The position numbers were made by a program, and so were the translations under genes. A model generated the notes under the pieces. The model ran no database searches. It worked only from the letters and a program-made list of their open reading frames with translations, and had not been told where the DNA came from. Below are positions 38,101-49,683 of a stretch of DNA of 64,000 nucleotides, one piece after another (the first letter of the stretch is position 1; each line of letters opens with the position of its first letter). The DNA lies in assembly GCA_050273025.1 (NCBI GenBank), contig CP158636.1, positions 5,146,001 to 5,210,000 of the forward strand. Direction: 5' to 3'. The DNA is from Cenococcum geophilum (lineage: Eukaryota).

Positions 38101-41073
38101 GTAAAAAGCCTAGCGGATATTAAGCTTTATAAAGATCTTAGCTCTACTTATTTGGGCCAAAGTCTCATTAAGTAAAGGCAGTAGGTAGCGGTCTTTAAGG
38201 GTCAAATTATTAAGCTTATAGTAGTCAATATAGAAACAAAGTCCTCTATTTAACTTTTTGGCAAAGAGAATAGGTAAGTTAAAAGGGGCTTAACTAGGCT
38301 TAATAAAGCCCTTATCCAGGTTATTAATAAGATACTACTTTATGGCCTATAATTCGGCAGTAGATTGCTGTCAGAGGGGGCTATAGCTAAGGGTAACTAC
38401 CTTGTCCGGCTCAATTTTAATCTTATAGTCGTACGGTCGGTAAGGCGGGAGTACATTAGACGCTGCTTTAGAGAAGGTGTCTTTAAATTTCTAGTATTAA
38501 CGGGGTAGTTTCTGTTCTACTAGCTCCTTATCTATAAGCTCGCCTTTCTCTTAGGCTAGGGCTTCTTTCTCTTTAATTATTTAATCAATTTCGTATAAGC
38601 TAGTTGTAAAGGTAATAGTATTAGGCTAAACTAGGTTTCGGTAGAATCCTATAGCGCCAATATAGCAGATATTAACTAGCGGGAGGTCTATAGGTTTCTT
38701 TACAGATGTTTATTGGGCCGTATTTTACGGTATAGGGTTTATAGTCTTCCTTAGCTCACGTTCCATTTTCCGCAAGTTATCCTTCTAGTCTATTAGTTCG
38801 GTATATCGTCTAAAGTCCCTAGCCTTTCTTTATGGCTACGTAGGGCCTAAGTTCTCCATTAGGGACTTAGCTAGGCCACTACTGACTTCCTAAGTCTCTA
38901 GTGCGGGTGGTATAACATAGGCAGTCTAGGGGCGGCGTAGTATATAGATCCGTTGCGGATCAAGCTGTATATCCTTCTTAAAAGCCTAGTCCCTACGCAT
39001 CGCATCGGCCTGGTAAACGGTGTTTATCTACGGCTATATAAGGTTTTCCATTATAATACTAATCTCTTTTATAAAGGAAGGCGTTAGGGGCATAATTTCG
39101 GGCCAGATAAGCTGCCTATTCTATATGTTAAGCTATAAGCCTAAATAGGCTAGCTATTTTCTCCCTAAGATTATATTATGGCTTCTAAGGTCTGTAATAA
39201 GGAAGGGGACATTATACTGCCTTCGTCCGTTAACGCGGAGGTAGATCCGCAAGATAGTTATAATAGGTAGTCCTATCCGTCCATTATAACCGCAAATAGG
39301 GACTAGTTTAGGCAGTTCTTTAAGGGGTACATTTAAAAAGTCAGCTAGTTTTATAGCGTACTTTATATTAATTAAGGTAAAAGCATTTACTCCTAAGTTA
39401 GCTAAAGTAAAGGTTAAAACTTAATATCTATTACAAAATAAAGTATAAGGGATAGTGTAGCTTCTTCTACTAACTAGCTAACCTAGATCGATATGTAACA
39501 TATTAATCCCTTTTAACCCTAAAGAGGAGTCTTCCTCTAGGGTTCCTCTTTTTCCGGCTCTGTACTATCCTCCTAAATTAATAAAACCTTATTTATCTTT
39601 ACCTTTATCGGGCAGTTCCTTATAGGGTGGCCTATTTAACTATATAAGAAGCAAGCTCCTTAATCGCTAAGGGCCTATATATGGGGGTCGCTGTATATAG
39701 GCTGGGTGTACACCAGGCCTATAGTAGGGGTAGCTACGCGGCTAGCTGCTAGGTTAACTATAGGAGTTGCTAATCGTGCCGGGGTACTACGGGCCGTACT
39801 TACAGTACTTATGGCCTGGTTTGTAAGATTTCTAGTTTTTAGCCGGTTAGCGCGTGCCTTAATTTAACGGAGGCCTTAGTTAATAGCTAGGCAATAGTCT
39901 ATAAGTTCTTTTAACGTTTATACCATAGTATAAGCTAGCAATACGGCCCGCTGTAGGTCTAGAGTAAGCTTATTAAAGAGGTCTGGTAGTAGGTCTTCCT
40001 AGGGAATTTAGGCCTATCCGGCCAGGTATAGAAAGTGGGTTTAAAAGGCTAAAAAGGTCTCCGTTGTTTTTATATTTAGGCTTTTATAGCTAAGGCGGGC
40101 GTTCTATACTTTAAAAGGGTCTTTATAAATAGAAGATAAGTATTTAATTATTTCTTCTTTAGAGATAAAGGGGTCTGCTAAGTCTTTAGTGTATCGCGGG
40201 CGTAAATACATCTAGGCGTCTCCGCTAGTATAGCCGAAAACATAAGCCATTCTAGCTTAGGCGTTAGGGAAGTGGTCTATATTAACTTTAAGCTTATCCC
40301 ACAATTAAAGCTTCTAATTGTTAAATGTAGGGTCGGTTCCATCTATAAGTAGCGGGGGATCTACAACCTTTGCCGACCGCCTTAGTGCTATATAGGCCTC
40401 GGTGGGTCCATTAAGGCACTAGGATAGGGCCTAAAGGACTATAGCAAGTCTTTAGTTGTCTAATAATAACTCATTATTAGATATAGGGGTATCTCTAGCT
40501 TCGAGCAGCTCTCGCAGTCGTTTAATTTCGGCATTAGCAGCCGCAAGCTCCGCCTAGGGGGTTAAAACGTTAATTATTTCTTCGTCTGAAGTATTTAAGG
40601 GTCCTACAGCTACTTTACCTGCTGCTATAGTTCGTGGCATGGTAGTAGGGGTATTAGGTAATTCTGGGTAATTTCTTTAGGGGTTCTAGTCTATGTGTGT
40701 CTTATAGGTTCTTTCCTTAGGGTTCTATCCTTTTCTTTTAGGTCCTGTCCTTATGGTCCTATTAATGTCCTTAGGGTCCTGTTCTGTGTTCTTGTAGATA
40801 TATTTAAGTTCCTTCTTAGGAAGAAAGAGTAGAGTAAGCTTTAGATAATGTTAGCGACTTAGTTAATCGAGACATAAGCACGGCAAAAGGGTCGCGCAAG
40901 CCTATATAATTGGATTGTCCATAAACGAGAATCTAAAGCTAGAGAAAAGGAAAGGAAAGGATAAGTAGCAACGCGAGGAGTTATATACAATCCCTAGTCA
41001 CGTAAGAGTCACGTAAGCCCTGCGTCTACTATAACGTCTACTATAGCTACCGCTTTCTGCTAGTGCCATAATA
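35172..41073 (-). mobile_element. Full-length Ty3/Gypsy chromovirus, family B copy 2, RIPped
   Basis: 225-bp LTRs at 35172-35396 and 40849-41073, TSD GATAG, PPT at ~35397. RT/RNase H remnant [18 protein letters not shown]...LMLETN; collinear with 15850-21869. Confidence 0.95.
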
Positions 41074-41141
41074 GATAGGATATATCTTTAAGGTTAAAGA
41101 TAAAGAAGAGGGGGATAGTATTATAGACCTTATATTAGCAG

Positions 41142-41541
41142 TAGTACGACTATTAAAAAAAGATATAAATAGGTTAATTAAGATAATATAGGAGGCACTA
41201 AAACCGATTAAGCTATAGGATAAGGGGTAACTAAGTTACGTAGCTAGTTATATTATAAGTTTAAAATATAAAAATATAGGAATATAGAAATATAGGATAT
41301 ATTAACGTATTAACGTACTAATATACTTAGTATATTTCTTAGGCGTAATATTGTATATTTAAAGGACCATAGTCCCTACTTAGATAGTTCTCTTCTTTAT
41401 AGTAAATCTTAGAATATAATTAGAGTTAATCTATTAAGCAACTACTCTACTAGTTATTATTATATTATTAACTTCTTATTTACCTACACACCTAGCCTAT
41501 TAATAAGTTTACCGTAGTTCCTACTACAAGGCTTTATTATA
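41142..41541 (+). repeat. Solo LTR related to Gypsy family A, opposite orientation
   Basis: ~41360-41541 is the reverse complement of 4469-4650 (e.g. CTTAGAATATAATTAGAGTTAATCTATTA). No TSD recognised. Confidence 0.75.
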
Positions 41542-42201
41542 CTAAAACTTATATTATATTAACTGTGGATAAAAAAAAGGTTTGCTAGAAAAAGGCTAAA
41601 AAGCCTTAATAGCGTCGCTATTAAGCTTATTATTAAGGTAGTCTATATCGTTGTTAAAATACCTATTAGGGCATCCGTTAAGGTATCTATTAGAAGGTAA
41701 AAGAGGGCTAAAAGGGGTACTAGATAAAGAACTTTGTAAGTTATTAGATAGGGGTATATAGATTTCACTAGCAGCATTTATTACTTCTTAATTAGATAAA
41801 GGAAGTAAATAGCGTTTAATTAGATCTAGTTATAAGTATTTTAGAGTTAATTTAGGGTATAAAATACAGCGTTATAATAGAAGAGTTATTGCCTAAGAAG
41901 AAACATTAATTTCGCATATAAAGGGCGCCTATAAGCTCTTAGACCCTTAGGGAGAAATTCCTTTTAGTGTAATATAATTAGTTTAGGAGTTTGCAGGACT
42001 TTATAGGACTAGGGTAAGGTAATCTAATTGGCTTAGGACTTCGCAGGACTGCACAAGCGTAGCGCTAGCCCTTAGCGCCACGCCGTGGCGCAATTTCTCC
42101 CCGGGGGTCTGATTTATGAGATAAGGTTAAAGAGGCTGGGGTTGTTAGTGTTACGTGCTCAGCGACTCAGCGGGCGCTCGGCCGAGCCGTGAACACCACT
42201 G
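41542..42201 (-). mobile_element. Possible terminus of a DNA transposon (TIR-like CAGTGGTGTTCACGGCTCGGCCGAGCG on the minus strand) at the edge of the RIP block
   Basis: GC-rich, palindrome-rich end starting CAGTG and flanked by TA. The partner TIR was not found. Confidence 0.3.
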
Positions 42202-43067
42202 TAGTAGATAAGAAGAGTATTAAAGAAACTATATTTAAGTTACTATAAAAAGGCTATACTATATAAAAAAGATATTTATTATTGAAATACTAAAAAATTA
42301 GTATATAAACTTTAATTACTGTTAGGTGACGGAATATATTATTCCGCTCGTGGTGGCCAAGTGGTGCGGGGCTTCCTATCTCGCATTTACATATTAAATT
42401 TAAATATAAATAGTTAAAATCTTAAGATTTTTAGTATGGGAATATGAATATGCGAACTTTCGTGTTAGTGCATATGGCCCACGGTGGCGCAATCATGTTC
42501 ACCGCAGTGTGGTGCCAACTAATCGTGCGTGAGAGCTGAGAGACCAGTTACCGCAGCAGGTCTGTGTAAAGGCACAAACACTGTGGCTGAGGAGGTAGCC
42601 TTGATAGTGGTAATGCGGGCTGTGCACCGCATTCTTACCGGCGCGTGCGACACTCTTCTCAAGATGTATCACCAACACAAAGAATTATAATCTGAATATG
42701 CTACCGGAACACCCAATCAATCAAGCCGAGTCGAGAAAGCCATTGTGCGGATACCTTCAATGCCGCTGCAACACCCAGTTGGCCTTAGCACCCATGTTGG
42801 GCAGCCTCAGGCCTGCATGGCGATCCAAACAGTATGAGGCTGAGTTCTGCCTCGCCACGGCGTCTCCTGTGACATGGCTGTAAGCGTAGCTCCCCTCAAG
42901 GCTTTCTGTCAGCCTTCCGCGTTCCTGCTCGAACGCTTTACGCTGCAGACCTTGACCAAACATATATAACTCTTGCGCTCAGCTCTAGGGCTTTCTCTCT
43001 TTCTATTTTATTGAGTTTTTGCTTCTTCTACTTGTCATTTCCTTAGTTACGGCCTAGCCTTGTAACT

Positions 43068-45084
43068 ATGGCGGAGTTAGGCTTGCTGTTAAGTGTTGCA
43101 TCATTGACTTTCCAGGTCTTCTCAGGATGTGTCCAAGGTATATTTACCTTCCTTTCTTATTCCTGTGGCAGCGCGTAACGAGACATTAGGCTATCAATTG
43201 ATAACGGATGCCAAGAACATGCCGCCTGAGTTTCAATACCTCAGAGTCCGATTAAAGACAGAACAATACCGTCTACTCGATTGGGCGCATGTAGTCCAGC
43301 TTGACGAGCAAGATGATCATTTGCTTATCAGTAATGCAAGCAAAGGCCTTCTCTTGGACGTGCTGGACCAGCAAAATAAGCTGCTTCAACAGTTTGGGAG
43401 AGTTGATGAGAAGTACAAAAGACTTCGACGTCCTCTTCTTACAGACATCGAAGAGCCCAATGGCGTCCTTCCAGACCCTCCGGCATATTCACCAGCGGAG
43501 CCGATTTCTCCTGGGATCAGCAGAGTCGATTCCGAATTCCAAAGTCGCTTCCCACAGTCAGAAGCACTCTTGAGGAAGTCGCTAGACTGGGCCAAAAAGA
43601 CTCGAACATTTCCAAAACGGCTGGCTTGGGCAAGTTGGGATAAAACCAAAGTCGAGACTCTTATCTTAAAACTATCGGCTTTCAATGATTTCATGCGTGA
43701 GATGCTTAATGCTAGTCAACTCCAGACGCTTGCCAGTAAGCAAACGCGAACAGAGTTCCAGATTATGCAGCTTAACGGCAGGATTGAGCAGCTGGTGCAA
43801 ATTTTTGAGTCTGCACTCACGTTAAAGAGCTCCAGGAGTCGCATACCAACAGACCCTCTGCGGGCCTTCCTTCAGGCCCGCGGATTCGCTGATAAGGAAG
43901 AAGAGGTTGGAGCTGAGAAGCCTAGCATGCACAATCTTGCTGCACTAGCGCAGATTAAGGCTCTTAATTCAGCTATTGATTCCGACGAGCTGACGGACGA
44001 GTTTACCAAAGATCTTGCTCTGGGCCACACTGCATCTGAGATCAAATCAGTAGAGTTGAATAAGAACGACATCACCGTAATCGACAAGGAGACAGAAGAT
44101 ACTAGTGAAAGCCAGCGTGTAGAAGCTTACTACCAACCGCCATCACAGCGCAAACAACAGGTCTGGATCGAATGGAAGTCCTATGATCCGCTAACGTTCA
44201 ACTCGGGGCCGGACGACAAAGTACATGAACGTGTCAAAGCACTCGCTGCTCTTCTGAAAGAGAATAACCGCACAGACCAATTCCGCGCCCCTCACTGCAT
44301 AGGATACTTCCGCGACATCGACCCAGTGGGCGAAGACCGCTGCCGTTTTGGACTCGTCTTTGAGAAGCCCTCTGGCGTACACCCATCCACGAGGCCGATC
44401 TCTCTTCTTGAGCTTCTCCGCGACCCCTCCCAGAAAGCTGAGATCCCTTCGTTGACGGACCGCATCACGCTCGCATGCCGCATTTCTGAATGCATTGAGC
44501 GCCTGCATGCAGTGAACTGGTTACACAAGGGGCTACGCAGTAGCAACATCTTGTTTTTTAGTGATACGGGTGCACGCGACCTTGATTTTGGCTCGCCTTA
44601 TATTTCCGGCTTTGACTACTCTCGGCCCGCCCAGAATGAGGACATGACAGAGAAGCCTCCTGAGAATGCAGCATCAGACCTGTATCGGCATCCGCGTGTC
44701 CAGGGCACTGGGAATCGTGAGACGGCATCTGCAGGTGGTTTTAAGAAGAGCTACGACCTGTACAGCCTTGGCGTGGTCCTGCTTGAAATAGCCTATTGGA
44801 AACCCATTGACCAAGTGCTTGGAATTCCAAATTTGCACGAAGCGCGGCCAAGCACAACGATTAAAGTTCGCAGTCGCCTGTTAGATGAAAAGGAAGGTTA
44901 CTTGAAACATGTGCGAAGTCACTTAGGTAACACGGTGCAAGGGGTTGTGAAGGCTTGCTTGGAAGGCCCACCAGCATTTGGGCTAGTAGAGGGTGCAGAC
45001 GAAAGACGGGAAGAAATTGGGGCGGAACTCCAGAGGCAATTTTATGAGAAGGTGGTTAAGCAGTTGGGAGATATGAGAGTCTGA
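43068..45084 (+). CDS. HeLo (prion-inhibition and propagation) domain + protein-kinase-like (pseudokinase) protein
   Basis: Exon 1 43068-43137 (MAELGLLLSVASLTFQVFSGCVQG), intron 43138-43189, exon 2 to 45084. HeLo signatures RLKTEQYRLLDWA and KRLAWASWDK; kinase-like LHKGLRSSNILF, SGFDYSRP, LYRHP, DLYSLGVVLLEI. Confidence 0.9.
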
Positions 45085-45988
45085 TCGGTGTTGCTTGGAA
45101 AACTGGATGGAATACCTGCGAGTTAGGAAAGCAGCGTATCCAGGAAATTGCCCTGTTATGGTACGATAGTTGGAAGTTTATGGCTTAGTTGGTTTGTTGG
45201 CCTGATTGGTTTGCCTAATTTATCACTTATGCAAATGGCGTCTTTCTTAGTGTATATGATTACTCGTTTGTTTTGGTGTGTAAATGATGAAAGGTTCCAA
45301 ATTCTCTCCTCAATAAGTAAATTTCGTTGCGTCGAACACACTAGAACTCCTTTTGTAAGGAAAAAGAGTGTAAACCTTAGCAGGCTAGTGTCATAATTTC
45401 AAGTAGAAGGAAGAGAATCATGCCAGTGAAATTATTTGCACCTATTTGCACGGGAATGTCTTAAAAGCAAGCTACTAGCGCCCATGACCCTGTTTGTTCC
45501 AAGTGGTTGAGGTATCGGCGCTTGAGGGAATTTTGAGGCTGGTTTTAGGAGTGCTGCAACCGCTGAGCGCGATCCTTGTGAGGCGGGAGCTTGGAAAGGA
45601 GGTCTGACATCTGGATCCAATAATTCAAATATGATCCTCTCGCTTGGCATCGGTTGTGGTTTCAAATAAAAGATACCTGAGAGGGCAATCGAGGTTGAGT
45701 CCAGGACTGGAAGAAGGGGCAGTAAGACTAACGAGAAGCCTGCTACTAAACCTCTCATGTTCGATGCTAAGATGTTCCTAGTGCGATAACCAAGACAAGT
45801 TGATGGTTAGAGAGCCAAATGTTTCCTTGAATTGATAAGATAAAAGTGAGGTGCCTCCAATTTCACTCCACTCCGCTTCTATGAGCCAAATCCCAAGCCC
45901 TTCTTAAGGGTATGCAATTAAAATACAACATCAACAACGCACACAGAGAAATGGACGGCACGCAGAGTGTTGTCTGAAATGAGTGTCG

Positions 45989-46703
45989 CTAATAACCAAC
46001 TTTGATCAGGTATTCCGCAAGTTCTGCTACGGAACTGTAGGCTACAGTTGTCTGGATCTCGGCGGGATGGTGGCCTATAAGGAGAGCTTGGGTCGTTTTG
46101 ATGGCAACGATGCCTTCCTTACCCTGTATAAAGATGTACATTAATATATGAATTCTATCGGAGCGTGAAGACGTGAAAAGGCCAACTCGATGAACAGTCT
46201 AGTTACCAACCTTCTTCGCTTTCAGGGAGTCATCGGTTGAATCCAAGGTGACATATTTCTCGCCGTTTATGTGGACACCCTGAGCGACGACTTGCTTGAC
46301 GCTACCACTGTCCTTGAATGAATCGACGATTGTCTGCCTCTCGTCGGTTGGGATCTGGACTGTTATTAGCCATGCCCTGTATCATCTGCTACTACCGCCC
46401 AGTATTATGTAGTAGCCAAAAAGTGCAGTAATAGCCCACGGTACATGGCATATGGGCTGAAGGCGGAAAGGTGTAGCATACGGAGAAACCCGGGGTTGCG
46501 GCCCAGATGGTTTTGCCTGTCGCGTCGCAAATGATAGCTTTATCAATGTTGCCAGTGCCAACAAGGCTGCCGGCAAGGCAAGTTGTTAGCAAGTACGCTG
46601 CTGGGAGGAAAAAGGCAAAAATACCTTTGGTCGACGTAGGCTGAGGCCTTGTCAGCATCGTGTCATTGTAAACAAGGGTTTATTACTCACCTTGCCAGGA
46701 CAT
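45989..46703 (-). CDS. PFY1: Profilin (multi-exon)
   Basis: MSWQ.YVDQ..LVGTGNIDKAIICDATGKTIWAATPGFS / ...GVHINGEKYVTL / GKEGIVAIKTTQALLIGHHP...ELAEYLIKVGY*, with canonical introns. Confidence 0.95.
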
Positions 46704-47835
46704 GGTTTTGAAAGCGGCTCGAACTGGACAATAGGAGCAGAGTGGGTGCACCTAAGGGATGGATTGATTTGGGGTTGGAATGGATGATCGAAGGCGGCTT
46801 CAGCTCTGGAAGTAGATGGCCGGGCTAAGCAATCAATAGGTTGTGGATGAGGCGATGGGGGCGGAGGATGATTGTTGTCAAGGCTGAGGCGTTGGGCTTC
46901 GAATTCGCTCCTGTGGTGGGGCAGGCTTTTGTTCCCCGCAGCCCTCGCAGGCACCTTAATCTGCGGGCATCCTTCACCAAAAAGCAAAACAGCGAAACAG
47001 GCAGCTGGCAGGCCAGAGCCGTGCAGGTGGACATAAGGCGCCTCACCCCTCGATTTCCGCTGCTTGCGCCATCATGCATCTTCTATGGGGTCGTGCATGA
47101 AACCGTTTGGACGACAGGTACCTATTCCTGCCTAGGGCGTCAGGTTGAAAGCTTCGAATCACTATGGTGAAACCTCGACCATGGCGCCAGCAGCGACATC
47201 TCACCATTTCTTGCGGCTATGGGCTGTAACGTTACCCGTGGGGCTGCTTGTGACCAGCATGGGCAGATGAGCATCAGTATGCTTTTGCGCGAGAAGCGCT
47301 TGCTCAACATGGTCATTCTGCATGCTTTGGCTTCCCCGTGACAGTCTGGTCAAACATCTATAGTAGAATAGCACTCGACTCTGGGCTTCCATCAATCGGG
47401 GAAGGTTGAAGAAAGATTGGGCATTGCAGATAGGAGAGGAGTTCGACCGAGTTTGAAAGTTCCTATCAGAATCAAGAAAATGATTTTAGTCCCTTAGCCT
47501 TCATAGTCTTCCCCATTAGACTTGCGTTGCAAATAGCCGTTACCAAATAAATAACTCTTTGACATATCCTTAACCACACCTTCCCATGCAAGGTGTGGTA
47601 AGCGGAGTTGGAACTGCTCTGTATAACCGATGGCTCCGTATAACTGATGGCTCCGGAGCAGGATCGGTAGCACCCGTTCACCTCTTTAGTATGTTTTTCG
47701 TGAAGCTCAAGCAGAACGCATCCGACAGGAGAAACACAAAGACGCGCGGTTTAGCACATTGCATGCTTACACTCTTTTAGCTTTATAGATTCTGCTCTAT
47801 AGCCCTTTCATCTCGCGACCACAACGTGAACCACA

Positions 47836-49022
47836 ATGTCGTCGGATTCCGTCTCATCTCGCCGCAGCCCTTCTCGAGGTCGCTCGCGAACTCGATCACA
47901 AACACCCGTATCACAAGCTCAGTCCAGGTCCCCACGCCGTTCAATTTCCCCTCGGTCTGCGTCGCGCTCACGATCACCAGGTCGCTCGCCCACGCCTGCC
48001 GGGGAACGTTTCGGGAGACGGAATGGTGGTAGGATGAGCTTGAGTCGTAGTCCATCAAGGAGCATCTCAAGGAGCCTAAGTCGCGAACGGGGGGCAAGAG
48101 GAAGAAGTCGTAGCTACAGCCGTAGTCCAAGTCGAGGAAGCCCTCCACCGAGAAGTTCTAAGGTAGGGAGTCCTATTCACATTAGCCCTAACCCTAGCTA
48201 TGTTCATCTCAGCCTCCTGAATTGTAATAACCGTTAGCTACTTTACGCCTCAGCTCACCCGTGTAACCTTGTCAACTGGGACTGGTCACTAACGTAGCGT
48301 AGATAGTTGTCGAGAAACTCTCAAAAAATGTTGACGAAGGTCATCTCCGGGAAATTTTTGGTTCTTACGGTCCGATACAAGACCTGGATTTGCCGATAAA
48401 CCGACAGTGTAAGCTGTGGGATACTTGCATGTCTAGTTAAGTGCTAATGCCTATATCCTACATAGTTATGACAAACCGTGGCACTGCGTATATCATGTAC
48501 TACGAAACGGCCGATGCTGAACGAGCAATCGCACACATGCACGAGGCTCAACTAGATGGGGTGGTAATCAATGTTTCAATAGTCCTTCCACGGCGCCGCT
48601 TCTCCCGATCTCCACCACCTCGCCGAGGTGCGCCTCCTTTCGATAGATTCGATAATCGTGGTGGGCCTCCGGGTGGATACCGAGGACCTCCGCCTGGTGT
48701 TGGAGCTGGACGATATAGATCTCCACCAAGGCGACGTTCGCCTCCACGCGGATATGGCAGAGGGAGTAGAGGGGATAATTGGTACCCGCGACGCTCAGTT
48801 TCGAGATCTAGATCACCACGGCGAAGCCGTTCAAGATCATATTCATCGAGATCACCTTCTCGAACTCCTCCACCTCGCAGAAGAGGGGGTTATGGGCGTC
48901 GTGATACGCCTCCGAGGGGTGGGGGGAGGAGACGGAGAAGTCCTAGCTATAGCAGCTACAGCAGCTATAGCGATCGGAGCCGTAGTAGAAGTCGGGATAG
49001 GGGTGGAAGGAACAGGAGGTAG
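47836..49022 (+). CDS. RNPS1: RNPS1-like RS-rich RRM splicing/EJC factor (3 exons)
   Basis: RS-rich exon 1, middle exon from 48303 IVVEKLSKNVDEGHLREIFGSYG (RNP2), NRGTAYIMY (RNP1), AIAHMHEAQLDG, and an RS/RG tail. Confidence 0.85.
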
Positions 49023-49683
49023 TCGTGGGGAGTCTAAAGTCTTGAATTGTAGTCATCTTCGTAAAGGCTTTGGGGCACACTGTATGGCCGGTACTCGAGA
49101 ATATTTTCACTACGTCCAGGATTTCTTGCCAAAAGAAGATGGCTTAGGGCAACTGGTGTTCAGAACAAGTAATAGTTTTGAGGTGATTTTCTAGGGCGAT
49201 AGGGCGGGGAAACAGTCAAATATCACTTTATAGGTAAAGGCTTGTTTGCCATGGTGATGATCAGCCTAAAACGCCAAACGCCATAACGGGATCGTAGAGA
49301 GTGGTAAACTGAGCCCATTTGCATAGTACTCTCACCAAACTATAGACCGCGCACCTAGTCCCAAGTTATTCAAGAGGTTTCGGTTCACAGAATCTGAATT
49401 ATCAATCATAGAGCAATAATCATAGCTTCAGAACGAAGCTTCAAAAGCGCTCCGCGGCAGCGCAGCCCTACAAAACCACAAGCAGCTAATATCAGATTCA
49501 TATTGCCAGTCATTGTGCATTATGCTACCTACCCGAAAATGGTAATCAATACTCAAGATTTAGACTACCAAAATACAATAGGCATATATGTTTAAGTTTT
49601 ACGATTTATCATACCCACTATACGAAAATCGAGCAATGCTATCAGCTGGACTGGCCGTTTATGGGCATTCAGCAAGGGTATCT

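Larger units (their letters stand above)
1..42300. other. AT-rich, RIP-affected compartment (interrupted by a GC-normal island at ~5895-9550)
   Basis: Visible depletion of CA/TG and excess of TA. Paired LTRs differ almost only by C>T / G>A. Confidence 0.9.

Noticed and set aside
9550..42300. Starship captain (DUF3435 tyrosine recombinase)
   Set aside because: No recognisable remnant was found by manual translation, so the Starship call remains an inference.
1..42300. Alternative genetic code or stop-codon readthrough suggested by the many in-frame TAA/TAG
   Set aside because: The stops map to CAA/CAG/TGG codons and come with genome-defence-type transitions; RIP explains them, and neighbouring genes use the standard code.
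11354..45084. FunK1 kinase plus HeLo-pseudokinase as a RIPK3/MLKL-like pair
   Set aside because: They are 30 kb apart in different compartments and FunK1 is dead; nothing in the sequence links them.
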